Positions 28,476-39,087 of a stretch of DNA of 64,000 nt are shown one piece after another. This stretch comes from a virus (Duplodnaviria > Caudoviricetes). The position numbers and the translations under genes were made by a program. Numbering within the stretch: position 1 is the stretch's first letter; each line of letters begins with the position of its first letter. The notes beneath the pieces are model-generated. The model was not told the DNA's origin and searched no databases. It worked only from the letters and a program-made list of their open reading frames with translations. The stretch lies in the IMG/VR virus record IMGVR_UViG_3300020179_000026, positions 1,990 to 65,989 of that record. One strand, 5' to 3'.

Positions 28476-31400
28476 TTAGTTATCTGCACTCAACAGTCCT
28501 AGTCCGACGGAAAGTTGATAATTTATCATGCTATCCACTATATTGTTTGTATTAAACCAATCAGAATAAGCACTATTTGTCTGATTTATTGTTGTTTTTG
28601 AATCAGTCCAATCGATAAGATTGTTGTAAAATAGATTGTTCGCTCCTCCATTATATGCATAAATATCATAATACCGGGATACTTCAGTACCAGTTATTCC
28701 GTCTCCGACTACCAACGGCCAACCCCAAGTTACATTCACATCACTTAAATGCACAACTTGTGTGGAACCTGACAAAAACGAATTTGTCAAAACACCATAA
28801 TTAGTAAGAATTCCCTCTGAATACACCTCCCCAAATCTTTCATATAGAACAATCTTACCTGAAGTAGGAACTGTGGATGTGAACCAACTTAATTTTGCCC
28901 CAAGATTTTTTCCGTAATTAGAATTTGATATAGTTTGTTTCTTGTCATAATTAGATGAAAATTGATTTGGTGATCCTCTAAAATATGAAAGTTTTGTGGA
29001 AAACAAATTAATTAATCTTTGCATATCAGGAGGAAAGGGATAATTATAATTTTGTAAATCCACACCAATCGTGGATTCCATGCTTTGAAGTGCTGATAAC
29101 TCGTCTGCATCCAAATCTGAATTATTAAGAACGAAATTAGTTATTTTTTCATATATTCTTTTGCCCAATGAATTTACTTGGCTTTTTTTGTTTCCTACAA
29201 TAGGACCTAAAAATTGATCAAAAAGAACATTTTTATTCAATAAAGATTCTTGCAGAATATAAGATTTAATATTTTCAATTGGATTAAAATTTTCATTTAT
29301 TTTTGAAATTCCATATGCCCCACTGACCGGATATATACTGAATGTGTTGCTTTGGCCTGTGATGGTTCTGGTTCTTGTGTTATAATAATATTTGTTGATC
29401 CAACGCATTCCTGTCCAATCCCCATATGCCCTAAGATTGCAAGGATTCACATCATCGGTGTTTATGCGATTTACATCCACCGTATTTAAAACGGTAAATT
29501 GATTCAAAGGATACAAATATATTTTCTTGTCAAAATTGTGAACCAACCAAAGAATATTTTCCGTATCACACGCTAAACTTTCAATACTTTGATATTCAGT
29601 TGTAAGATTGGTTCCGCTTCCTACTGAAAATGTAGTAACATCTGTTCCAGTTTTAACTCGAAAAATATCCTGTTTGTTGAATAATCCATACACATATTGG
29701 TCTTTATCAACTGCTAATGGACCCAATCCACTGTATCCACTCAACGGATAATTCGAATCCAACACACCTGTATTTGACGCATATTTGTAAAGAAAATCAT
29801 TACGATTTGTGATGCTGGAGTTGTTGTTCAAATAAGTCATTACTGTCATGTAAAGATTATTATCACGGTCTATTAACAATTGTTGAGGACTGAACAAAGT
29901 TGGAAATTCTTTCGCTGCCAAAAAATTACCGTTTGTATCAAATTTTATCAGATAACCTTTTAGGGGATTTGAATATGTTACCCAAATATTGCTGTCCAAG
30001 TCAGTTTCAATACAGGTGGGTAAAATTGTGCTTTCATTTGTATACAAACCACTCAATGCTGGTGTGGAATATTCCAAGAAAATTTCTATTGGAACACCCA
30101 GATACGATTCGATAGGACCGGCACTAAAGCTATTAAGAATTGAAAAATTAACATTTGGGTATCGGGGATATGCTTCCGCATCAACATATCCAGTATCTCT
30201 TTGAATTCTTATGCAGGAACCAGACGTGTATAAAGTTATCCATGCATTTGCTTGACCATCCAGAGCAATCGATGATGGAGTTGCTCCTGAAACTGCACCC
30301 TGATAATTGTAATAAACAACATTACCTGCCGCATCAATTCTCGGAGCATTTGAAAGATCTATATCAAATATAACCTCTCCATTTTCTTTTAACTTCAATA
30401 TTCTATCCCGGTCTGAGTCTGCAAACCAAACTGCGTCATCTTCAGAAGGACTTACGGCTATGGCAAACGGATTTTTAAGAACGCCTGCAAAAACCGTGGG
30501 AGATGTGCTGTTTGCAGTAAGCTGAAGTGCTAATGTGTCTCCACATGCGTCATAATTTCTGAATTTGTTGTACCGATATATGTTAGATGCAATTGCCTGA
30601 TTGGATGTTATCGACACTGAGTATGAATCTAATCCTTGGCCGACCCAAGAATAAGGAGAATCTTTTTCAAAAAACGCAGGATCTGTAACCGTAACTGAAG
30701 CAGTCAATGCAACATTTTCTAATGCATAAGGACTATTAAAATATCCTGCGTAGAATCCACCGGTTCTTGTAATATTTTTAACATTATTATTCTTGTAAAA
30801 TTCAATTCCATCTATGACTTTTTGTGAGCAAACCGAAATCAGATTGCAGGTAAGATCAAAATCTTGTGTCGTACAGCTTCCAGTTATATTTAAAACTCCT
30901 TGCATTGTATTATGAAATTGGCAAGCATAATACAGTGTAGACGGTGCATCACATGGCACATTGAAAATAATTTGTCCGGTTGATCCACCATTATTAGTAA
31001 CACCAGAATTATATTGATTTCCGGTTCCTGTAGAAGCTATTGTTTTAATCCAAAATGGATGTCCTGATGCATTAATATTAAAAATATATGTAGCTCCCCT
31101 TTGTAAGTTTAAAGATGGATTTGAAATACCATTAACCAAGTATGAACCGGTTTCAGCATGGGTAACATAAAATATAGTAGAAGCGGATGTTTGGCCCCCG
31201 GCTTTGTTGAAAGTTAAAAGAGGATAATACTTTGTGCTGTAATTTTGTGTGTCCTTTAATTTTATCAAAAACGAAACTGGGTAATTTTGCCATTTGATCT
31301 TGTTAATATAAAATGTTTCGTCCGGATACCCTTCACCATCAATTCCATTTGAAGTTATGGATAATACTTCGGCTGGATTGTATCTGTTTTTTACCGGTGT

Positions 31401-32249
31401 TACAACCGATGAAAAATTGTTATGGGATAAATTTGAATAATTTTCAGTATAGTTTAAATTTGGTGTTTCATTCCTAGAAGGAAATTTTGAAATGTCCAGG
31501 GAAGCAAAAAGAAAAATTGGAGTTTCTGATGTTAAATTTTTTGGAAATTGATCAACATAATAAACTGTTGTAGTTCCACTAGTTCCTGCCAAAGTGCTTC
31601 CTGGGTAGGGGTATGACGTTTCCACTATTTGATTATTTGAAATGTACACATAAATTGGATCTGCGGTTGTAGTTGCTGAGCTTAAGATTCCGAATCTATT
31701 GTCTCTTTTTTGAACAAAGAAAAAATAAGACTGTAAATGTGCCCAAGGGTCTTTGATATAATTTTCGATCTGAAGATAGTCTGACTTGCTCCCACTTGCA
31801 TAAAAATTTAACGTGTATCCTGTGGCAGAAACTGAGGGATATGACTGCCATGAGTTGAATCTTGAAAATTCAATTGCATCTGAAACTTGACCACTTTTTA
31901 TTGAAGATATTTTTTCATTATCTAAATATGAAGATTGCAGATAATCACCTATATAATTAAAAGCTGTTACCTGAAATGTTTGACAAGCCTGCATCGCATC
32001 TCCTGCGCTTGTAAAAGCATAAAATGTAACATCATATGTCCCCGGCCAAGAATAATAATGTGTGGTGCTAAGACTTGTTGAAACCGTGCCATCTCCTAAA
32101 TTCCAAAAACCTTTTTTGTCGCTTATGAACAGATTGTTTGATGACAATGATGCTACAAAAGTTAAAGGAGTTACATCAAGCGTATAAGTGCTTAAAGATT
32201 CCAAACCCGTGAAGTTTTTTACGCTTATATTGATATAGGTGCATGTCAT
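28476..32249 (-). CDS. multidomain baseplate protein (PKD, cupredoxin-like and beta-propeller domains; gp7-like position)
   Basis: WNLGDGT...HYYSWPGTYDVT (PKD); GHPF...YYACQFHNTMQG; D.D.N.WV propeller repeats; follows gp6. Confidence 0.7.
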   Translation of the reverse strand: MTCTYINISVKNFTGLESLSTYTLDVTPLTFVASLSSNNLFISDKKGFWNLGDGTVSTSLSTTHYYSWPGTYDVTFYAFTSAGDAMQACQTFQVTAFNYIGDYLQSSYLDNEKISSIKSGQVSDAIEFSRFNSWQSYPSVSATGYTLNFYASGSKSDYLQIENYIKDPWAHLQSYFFFVQKRDNRFGILSSATTTADPIYVYISNNQIVETSYPYPGSTLAGTSGTTTVYYVDQFPKNLTSETPIFLFASLDISKFPSRNETPNLNYTENYSNLSHNNFSSVVTPVKNRYNPAEVLSITSNGIDGEGYPDETFYINKIKWQNYPVSFLIKLKDTQNYSTKYYPLLTFNKAGGQTSASTIFYVTHAETGSYLVNGISNPSLNLQRGATYIFNINASGHPFWIKTIASTGTGNQYNSGVTNNGGSTGQIIFNVPCDAPSTLYYACQFHNTMQGVLNITGSCTTQDFDLTCNLISVCSQKVIDGIEFYKNNNVKNITRTGGFYAGYFNSPYALENVALTASVTVTDPAFFEKDSPYSWVGQGLDSYSVSITSNQAIASNIYRYNKFRNYDACGDTLALQLTANSTSPTVFAGVLKNPFAIAVSPSEDDAVWFADSDRDRILKLKENGEVIFDIDLSNAPRIDAAGNVVYYNYQGAVSGATPSSIALDGQANAWITLYTSGSCIRIQRDTGYVDAEAYPRYPNVNFSILNSFSAGPIESYLGVPIEIFLEYSTPALSGLYTNESTILPTCIETDLDSNIWVTYSNPLKGYLIKFDTNGNFLAAKEFPTLFSPQQLLIDRDNNLYMTVMTYLNNNSSITNRNDFLYKYASNTGVLDSNYPLSGYSGLGPLAVDKDQYVYGLFNKQDIFRVKTGTDVTTFSVGSGTNLTTEYQSIESLACDTENILWLVHNFDKKIYLYPLNQFTVLNTVDVNRINTDDVNPCNLRAYGDWTGMRWINKYYYNTRTRTITGQSNTFSIYPVSGAYGISKINENFNPIENIKSYILQESLLNKNVLFDQFLGPIVGNKKSQVNSLGKRIYEKITNFVLNNSDLDADELSALQSMESTIGVDLQNYNYPFPPDMQRLINLFSTKLSYFRGSPNQFSSNYDKKQTISNSNYGKNLGAKLSWFTSTVPTSGKIVLYERFGEVYSEGILTNYGVLTNSFLSGSTQVVHLSDVNVTWGWPLVVGDGITGTEVSRYYDIYAYNGGANNLFYNNLIDWTDSKTTINQTNSAYSDWFNTNNIVDSMINYQLSVGLGLLSADN

Positions 32250-32257
32250 ATGCCATG

Positions 32258-34096
32258 TTAGACTGTCTCAACGACAATTTCGATTCTTTTCAAGAAATTG
32301 TCTTTATCGAAAAGATAAGGGAATTGAAAATATTCCATGTTTACGTTTTGTGTGGATACATGAATGTCTTCTTTGTCATACACGCTGTTCCAATAAAGAA
32401 CACTAATCCCATCTGCTTTCAAGATGCGGCCATCCTCTACTAATCTTTCCGTATAAAAAGTTTTTACCCCATCGACTTCTGCTATAGAATTATTCAATAA
32501 TGTTAAATCAATTTTTTGTTGTAATTTAACGTTATTGGAATCAAAGTAATTTTGGAAAATTTTAGTCACAACGCTTTTAATTTCATCGTCATTAACTCGT
32601 GAATCGAATCTTTTAACTATTACAAGTTTAGTTTGTTTATAAATTTCTTTGTCCAGAATTTCTACAGGTAAGGATATTCCTAGATTAAAAGCCATATAAA
32701 CAGGATCAGAATATATGACTTCAGAAGAAGTGAGTTTGATTGGATCGATAAATGACTCGATATATTGTTTCTGGGAATCTGTTACAAAATTATTGTTAAC
32801 CTTTATGGAATTTGCTTTTTGAAGTTTTGGAACCAAATAGCAATAAACATTATTGAAATTGCAGGTGTCAGCAAATGTTACTTGATTATATAAAACTCTG
32901 CTTTCGAGTGAAGGGTATTTTAGCCCCAGATTATACAAATATTTCATGTGACCGTTCAGATATTCCTTGTTATTAACAACCTGAACATCATGAATAATGT
33001 TTTTAAATGTGTTTGAAATATAGCTTTTAAAGTCGTTTGTTGTGATCAAACGATATTGTCTCTTGAAAGTGTTGGGTGCATTTTCCCGAATGTTATTAAC
33101 AGTTTCAGGTTCCCCAAATTTTGTTGAAGGGTCTGAATTTGTAAATGTGAGAAAAGCAAACTGACCAGGTGTCATATATGTTATATTTTTATTTTTAGTG
33201 TCATTTGTAACCGTAGTATAATTGGAGCTGCTGTATTGGAACAAACCGTTTCCATCCAGTGTACCAACTCCGGTTTCACCCGGTGTTCCATCGCTTTGGA
33301 TATAATACACAAGCACTTCGTCACCACTGTTTAGCTTTTTACCAGTAACATCATTACCAAATTTTATTTCATATCGGCCATTTTCATTGAAACGTAGTTC
33401 ATAAATCTCATCTTGATTTTCGTAAAGGAAAAGATTAGGCACCTGTGACCATAATTTCCATTTTTGTGTTACTTTGTCTTTCACATAAACATTGATAGTG
33501 AAATGATCCACAAAAGGGGCATTTCCATTTTGATCCACAAGAACAACACGAAGAATTTCATAAGATTCACCTATGGCTGTATAAATGGGATATTCGACAA
33601 ATTTTCCTTGATATAACAAATTGTTCTTGGACAGTTGGTCAAGATATGTGGTACCCGCCTCTGTTTTTGTGAATGTAATGTCTTCTCGAAATGAATATTG
33701 AACACCATTAATAATAAAGTAGGCGTATCTGGGAATTGTGTATGTTCCTGTCGGAAGATTTTCACTGGCAATTGCATTAAACGAAAGTAAACTTGTTTGA
33801 TAGCCTATGGGTTTATAATCTATCAGTTTAACAATCCGATTCATGTTTTCATACAGTTGTGCCTGAGAAAACAAGCTTTCCGATGATGTTTTGTTGAGAT
33901 AAAACAAAAGAACATGATAACTATATGCAATCACGTCCAGGAAACTGTTGAAATTGCTGCCTTCAAAAATCTGGTCTGTGAACACACCACCCCGGTTAAG
34001 CTGATCAAGCATCAAGCTCTTTAAACTTTGGGCATCAAACGCAGCATATGCATTCTGCTGCAATGGAAAGTCTGTTTTTGAAATTTCGTTTGCCAT
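32258..34096 (-). CDS. gp6: baseplate wedge subunit
   Basis: FTD..FEGSN...LDVIAY, ESLFSQAQ, YEIKFGNDVTGKK, IRENAP..F..Q.RLITTNDF. Confidence 0.92.
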   Translation of the reverse strand: MANEISKTDFPLQQNAYAAFDAQSLKSLMLDQLNRGGVFTDQIFEGSNFNSFLDVIAYSYHVLLFYLNKTSSESLFSQAQLYENMNRIVKLIDYKPIGYQTSLLSFNAIASENLPTGTYTIPRYAYFIINGVQYSFREDITFTKTEAGTTYLDQLSKNNLLYQGKFVEYPIYTAIGESYEILRVVLVDQNGNAPFVDHFTINVYVKDKVTQKWKLWSQVPNLFLYENQDEIYELRFNENGRYEIKFGNDVTGKKLNSGDEVLVYYIQSDGTPGETGVGTLDGNGLFQYSSSNYTTVTNDTKNKNITYMTPGQFAFLTFTNSDPSTKFGEPETVNNIRENAPNTFKRQYRLITTNDFKSYISNTFKNIIHDVQVVNNKEYLNGHMKYLYNLGLKYPSLESRVLYNQVTFADTCNFNNVYCYLVPKLQKANSIKVNNNFVTDSQKQYIESFIDPIKLTSSEVIYSDPVYMAFNLGISLPVEILDKEIYKQTKLVIVKRFDSRVNDDEIKSVVTKIFQNYFDSNNVKLQQKIDLTLLNNSIAEVDGVKTFYTERLVEDGRILKADGISVLYWNSVYDKEDIHVSTQNVNMEYFQFPYLFDKDNFLKRIEIVVETV

Positions 34097-34098
34097 AA

Positions 34099-34572
34099 TT
34101 AGATGAAGTAGAATCCGCTATCTTTTAAAACTCCCTTAATACTTACGTTGGAAAGATTAAGAGAAGGCACATTTATCCGCATGTTTATTGTATACTGATT
34201 TTGATCGTAATCTACATTCACATTAATATTTAAAATGGTAACCCTCGGTTCAAACAATTCGGTACCTTCAAAAATAACTTTACCGATCAGTCGGGCATTT
34301 GCTTCACTCAGATTTGTGAAAACAAATTGCATAAGATTCAAACCATACACAGGGTTTAGAATTTTTTGACCGGGTAATGTTGTAAACAAATTGAAAAGAC
34401 TGTTTTTTATTGCATCCAAATCATAGTCACTTTTTAAATCCTTGATTTCCAGCTTTTTATCTAATTCAGTACCACGGGTGTAATTCTTTTCTAAATCAAA
34501 ATGAATATCTTTGTAAACATGGTCGTCTACCTTGGGTGGTTGCTGCAGAAAAGATAAGTTTATGGCGGCCAT
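34099..34572 (-). CDS. gp25: baseplate wedge subunit
   Basis: YKDIHFD, AIKNSLFNLFTT.PGQKILNP.YG, FEPRV. Confidence 0.92.
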   Translation of the reverse strand: MAAINLSFLQQPPKVDDHVYKDIHFDLEKNYTRGTELDKKLEIKDLKSDYDLDAIKNSLFNLFTTLPGQKILNPVYGLNLMQFVFTNLSEANARLIGKVIFEGTELFEPRVTILNINVNVDYDQNQYTINMRINVPSLNLSNVSIKGVLKDSGFYFI

Positions 34573-34623
34573 ATTTTATAAATATTTAATATAAAAGTTT
34601 GTTTTTAAAGGTAAATATTCAAG

Positions 34624-35235
34624 ATGAGAAAATTCAAAGGTTTGTACGAATCATTCATAAGCCGTTACACCCGTGGCGGATTCCTGACTGGAGATATTGT
34701 CAAATTCAAAGACGGTGCCCTGAAGAATGAATGGTTCCAAAAACAGGGTGGGGCTATTCTAGAAAAAGCCAAACAGTTTGCGGATAGTGGTCTTTTGATG
34801 CGGGTGAGTGCCGTAAAAACCAATCGTCCCAGCGTTCAGCCCGGTTTTGTGGAAGCAAACAACGCAGATGACTTTTATTGTGATGTCACGCTGGAACTGG
34901 CCCCCGGACTTTACAAAGATTTCCTGACTCTTCCTGCTTCCATTCTGGAATACAAGGATTATTACCCCAATCTTCCGGAAGTTCCTGAAGGTTTGAAGCG
35001 TCCTAACAACAGCAACATCAAGCCGGAAGAAATTGAAGAAGAAAAGCAAAAGGGTGCCACTTATTTGAATCCGACCTATCAAACTTCACAGACCGACAAG
35101 GGTAACGGCAAAAATACACCTTCTGAAATTGAGCTTAAAAACTCAAATGTTAAGATTCCTTCCAAACCTGCTGAAGGTTCCAAGAATCCCAGCGTTGCTT
35201 CGTACACTTACAACTATCTTCCTAAGAACCAATAA
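34624..35235 (+). CDS. hypothetical protein
   Basis: TAAATA 6 nt upstream; 203-aa ORF, GFLTGDIVKF. Confidence 0.7.
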   Translation: MRKFKGLYESFISRYTRGGFLTGDIVKFKDGALKNEWFQKQGGAILEKAKQFADSGLLMRVSAVKTNRPSVQPGFVEANNADDFYCDVTLELAPGLYKDFLTLPASILEYKDYYPNLPEVPEGLKRPNNSNIKPEEIEEEKQKGATYLNPTYQTSQTDKGNGKNTPSEIELKNSNVKIPSKPAEGSKNPSVASYTYNYLPKNQ

Positions 35236-36157
35236 CCTCCTGTAGTTTACAAATACAGGCAGAAAAGTTGATTTCTTGATCCAGAACCTGTTTGCACCTG
35301 TACAAATGCTCTGATATTTCCAAAAAACACTTCTTTTTCTTTTCATTATCCATATCTGAATAAAAAATAACCTCGCATATTTTCTTTAAAAGATCCGGAT
35401 AATCGGCATTAAATGCTTTTTCATTTTCTATAATATATTTTCTTACAAATACAAAATCTTCTTTTGAAAGTTTGTTTAATATATTGGCTGCCACACTTTC
35501 AAGATTTTGAACATTATCATTCAAATTGATGGAAAGATCCAAGGATGTCTGCAATTCAAATATGATTTTGCGTATGTCCGGATAAAAAGCTTTTACTTTG
35601 TTTGAAATTATTGCTTTGTTTTTATCATTAATTTCAATTTTTTCGTTCTTAAGAATATTGATGCACCGTTCCAAACAGTTTTTTATGGGAGGATTGTAAA
35701 CGTTTATTTCTTGTACTCGACTTCGAATAGGTTCGATTACCCTGCTAATATCATTACAGGTAAAAATAAACCGGTTTGTTTCAGAATATTCCTCCAACAT
35801 GTTGCGAAGTGCCCGCATCGCATCCGCCGTAAATCCATCAAATTCGTCCAGTATCACAATCTGAATGGATCCGTTGCTGGGCATGAGCTGCAGGAAATTT
35901 TTGATTTCATCCCGAACCGTGTCAATTCCCCGTGTGTCCGAAGCATTGATATAAAGATAATCACAACCAAGTTCTTTTACTATGATTTTGGCCAAGGATG
36001 TTTTTCCCATTCCTTGTTTTCCATAAAGCAAAAGATGTGGAATGGTTTTCTTTTGCAGACAATTTTTTACAAATTCCCGGGTTTTATTGTCCAAAATGAT
36101 CTCATCAAGGGTTTTTGGTCGATATTTTTCAACCCATAGGTTATTTGCAATATTCAT
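35222..36157 (-). CDS. gp44: sliding-clamp loader AAA+ subunit
   Basis: LWVEKYRPKTL, GKQGMGKTS, INASD.RGID.VR, ILDEFD, PIRSR. Confidence 0.95.
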   Translation of the reverse strand: MNIANNLWVEKYRPKTLDEIILDNKTREFVKNCLQKKTIPHLLLYGKQGMGKTSLAKIIVKELGCDYLYINASDTRGIDTVRDEIKNFLQLMPSNGSIQIVILDEFDGFTADAMRALRNMLEEYSETNRFIFTCNDISRVIEPIRSRVQEINVYNPPIKNCLERCINILKNEKIEINDKNKAIISNKVKAFYPDIRKIIFELQTSLDLSINLNDNVQNLESVAANILNKLSKEDFVFVRKYIIENEKAFNADYPDLLKKICEVIFYSDMDNEKKKKCFLEISEHLYRCKQVLDQEINFSACICKLQEVIGS

Positions 36158-36180
36158 GATTGACCGTAAATATATATGAT

Positions 36181-36642
36181 ATGGATCAAAAGGTTGAAGT
36201 CAAGAATTTATTGGATCAATTAAAAGAAGTTCAGGCACTTTCTGAGACACCTCGCAGCCCGGAAACAAGATTGGACAAAGGGGAGGTTGAAGATTTTGTC
36301 ATACAACAATCGGCCAGATTGATAAAAGAAACCAACGAACTGATCCTTTCCATGAAGGATTATATAGCTCACAGTCCTGAAAGCAAAGAGATATTGGCAA
36401 TATCTGAACTTATCAAAGCCAGTACTGCCGCCATAGACACCCTCAACAAAATTAATCTGGCCGAAAAGAAAGACAAAACTGCCAAGGAAATAAAGCTCTT
36501 GGACATAGCTTCCAAAAAAGAACTTAAAAACACAAATGATGAAAATCGTGTCACTTTCACACGAGAAGAAATTTTAAAGCAATTGATGCGATCTTCGGTC
36601 GGTATAGAAAGTGTTACCCTGGAAGCTAAGAAATCGGAATAG
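36181..36642 (+). CDS. probable terminase small subunit (gp16-like)
   Basis: Helical hairpin SPESKEILAISELIK and C-terminal FTREEILKQL resemble T4-type TerS; TAAATA 8 nt upstream of ATG 36181. Confidence 0.5.
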   Translation: MDQKVEVKNLLDQLKEVQALSETPRSPETRLDKGEVEDFVIQQSARLIKETNELILSMKDYIAHSPESKEILAISELIKASTAAIDTLNKINLAEKKDKTAKEIKLLDIASKKELKNTNDENRVTFTREEILKQLMRSSVGIESVTLEAKKSE

Positions 36643-37480
36643 TGTCTAAAGCAGCTTTGTTTGTGTAGGATGTTAAAATGTCGGCGGCACGGCTTTTTAA
36701 TTTTGTTTGATATTGCACTTGGCCCTCCACAAGAGTCGTGACAATTGTTGGAGGTATAACCTGAACATTTGTGGATCTGCTATTGGGATTATAATTGGAA
36801 TAAAATTCCGTAACTTTGAAAAAATCCTTAAAATCCTGCCGGAGTTTTTGTGTAAGATCATTAACTACTTTCATCATTCTTTGATAATGACCATAGTCCG
36901 GTATTAAATTTTGACCATGAGAAAGTGTATTTTCCGAAACCTTTTCTTGAATATTAAAACCGGCATAGCGAAACAAACTGTTAGCTGCTTTTGAAAAAGC
37001 CGAATTTACTATTTTTGCATTGTTACTCAGCTGATTTTCCAGTCCAGCCCCATAAATTGAAGGTACCGGAAGATTTTTCATATCCCGATCCGAAAGAAGC
37101 TGGGTCGAATTGTTGGCGTAATTGCTCATTCTTGCTAACGACCCCACGCAATCGGACTGACCCCGGGAATAAATTGAATCACCGCCCATTTCAAATTTTA
37201 CTTTGTCTTTTACCTCAGAAAGAGATGTGTTGTATTGTTTCAACCAATGTGCCGCAAAATCAGCATCTAAATTGGATATGTCTAATTTTTTAAAAAAATT
37301 TGTTTTTGCTGTTATTGGGTCATTCGCATAATCTGTTTTGTTCCATTCAAGAAAAAGATCCAGTTCTTTTGTGCGATTGCCAATAAAATCCAGGTAGTTT
37401 GAAGCAGACTGATAAAATTCTTTTTTAAAGAAAAGCTGGGCCGATACCATTTCCGGATCAATTGTTTTTATGTTGTTCAT
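36626..37480 (-). CDS. hypothetical protein (baseplate run)
   Basis: 284-aa ORF with start overlapping the upstream hub gene stop. Confidence 0.65.
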   Translation of the reverse strand: MNNIKTIDPEMVSAQLFFKKEFYQSASNYLDFIGNRTKELDLFLEWNKTDYANDPITAKTNFFKKLDISNLDADFAAHWLKQYNTSLSEVKDKVKFEMGGDSIYSRGQSDCVGSLARMSNYANNSTQLLSDRDMKNLPVPSIYGAGLENQLSNNAKIVNSAFSKAANSLFRYAGFNIQEKVSENTLSHGQNLIPDYGHYQRMMKVVNDLTQKLRQDFKDFFKVTEFYSNYNPNSRSTNVQVIPPTIVTTLVEGQVQYQTKLKSRAADILTSYTNKAALDTIPIS

Positions 37481-39087
37481 AGTGTTTTGGCGGTGAATTT
37501 AGGATCCTTATAATTGTATGTTTTGACGGCAAAAATTTCATTAAAATATTTTTGATCCACAAACACATGCTCACATCGAATTATCAGATATATGCCTAAA
37601 TTTTTGTCATCAAAATAGTTGTCCGGAACAGTATTATGCCGCTGTATGCTGATGAATTGACCAGCTTGACGGCTGGTAACACCTTTGGTTCTAAACTTGA
37701 TACAATTGTTCAGAAACAATGAAGAATAAAGTATTTCATTGCGCCCAAATGAATATCTTTGTGTTTGACTCTCGCTGCTGATGGTAAAAACATTTTTGAT
37801 GTTTTGTTGCTTTGTTCTGTATTGGTTCAGAGCTAAATTAGATGCAGGTGCATTGCCTCCCGATCCTTTTAAATTCCGAACATAATTGTCATAATAAGTT
37901 TTAGATGCAGTATCCAAACTATTGTTTTCAAAATCTATTCTGAAGGTATTTGTGTTTGAATTATGGCTATGAACCAGGTGTGAAACCAATTCGTTTTGGG
38001 AATCTTTTCCGGAAATATTTGTGAATTCATAACGATTTAAAATGCTGGAATCATTATAACTTACCATGTTTCCGGCAAAATCAGGAATACGGTTTTGAAC
38101 ATCTGATACAGCAGAATCATCTATCGGCATTCCCAAAAAGAAACTTTCAACAAGTCCCGGACCGGACGACTCAGATAAACCGAATTGACTCAACGAAGGA
38201 GAATTAAAAAATGCGGTTTTAAACAAATCCTTGAAACTTTCCAGTTTCCATTCATCAGTATATCTTTCTATTCTAAGATAACAATTATCATAATCAGATT
38301 CAGGAGAACTAACATGATAGCTTAAAATATAATTTAAATCATCAATTGATTTATATTGAGCTGGACTGCTATAAAAAATAGAGCTTCCTCCTTGATCCCA
38401 TTTTTGGGAAAATTTTGGACTATACCCTTCTTCGGCATTGAATGTTTTTTTGATTAAATTTTGAATGGCGATTCCGGTATCTATACCCCGTCCCTGATTG
38501 TTCAGCCGGACCACATCTTTTTCTTCAATGTAATCAGATGTTGTAAAATAAACTTCCTTTTCCGTCATGATTTGATAAGAAAAATCATGAAAATAAAGTT
38601 TTTTATATTTTTCGTTTAACTTGTCTCCCCGGATGTCTTCGCTTTCATAAACGGAAAAAACAAAACGAAGATTAAAAACTTTTTGATCCTTTTCGTTTAT
38701 ATTTCCTTTTTTTATGGTCCCCGGGGAAACTTCCGGCATGATGTCAATTATCAGAAAGTCCCGGGCATCGCCCCGATATCGATATCCTTTGGATCCGGTA
38801 CCACGTTGTGTTCCATCCATTAATGATGGGGATGAATAAAAATTTGGTTGGAGTGAATTTAAGGATTCTATCACGTCAAACTTATTATCATAAATTAGAT
38901 ATCCTCGGTGATAAAACAGATCCAGATTGTCTTCCAGGAATAAAGTTTTGATTGCGGATTGCTTTATACGCACCACATCCAAATCCGGATTAAACAATAA
39001 TATATTATATTTGTATAAAATATCATTTATTTGAACAACCTGATCATCATAATTTTGCAGGTTGGTAATCGGCAAAGGAACGCTCAT
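37477..39087 (-). CDS. baseplate hub protein (gp27-like)
   Basis: C-terminal G...RQAGQFISI...GIYLIIRCEHVF typical of contractile-tail hubs; follows gp53. Confidence 0.65.
   Translation of the reverse strand: MSVPLPITNLQNYDDQVVQINDILYKYNILLFNPDLDVVRIKQSAIKTLFLEDNLDLFYHRGYLIYDNKFDVIESLNSLQPNFYSSPSLMDGTQRGTGSKGYRYRGDARDFLIIDIMPEVSPGTIKKGNINEKDQKVFNLRFVFSVYESEDIRGDKLNEKYKKLYFHDFSYQIMTEKEVYFTTSDYIEEKDVVRLNNQGRGIDTGIAIQNLIKKTFNAEEGYSPKFSQKWDQGGSSIFYSSPAQYKSIDDLNYILSYHVSSPESDYDNCYLRIERYTDEWKLESFKDLFKTAFFNSPSLSQFGLSESSGPGLVESFFLGMPIDDSAVSDVQNRIPDFAGNMVSYNDSSILNRYEFTNISGKDSQNELVSHLVHSHNSNTNTFRIDFENNSLDTASKTYYDNYVRNLKGSGGNAPASNLALNQYRTKQQNIKNVFTISSESQTQRYSFGRNEILYSSLFLNNCIKFRTKGVTSRQAGQFISIQRHNTVPDNYFDDKNLGIYLIIRCEHVFVDQKYFNEIFAVKTYNYKDPKFTAKTL

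Noticed and set aside
35222-36157. Archaeal/eukaryotic RFC implying a non-phage origin
   Set aside because: T4-like gp44 is itself RFC-like and the surrounding genes are T4-type structural genes
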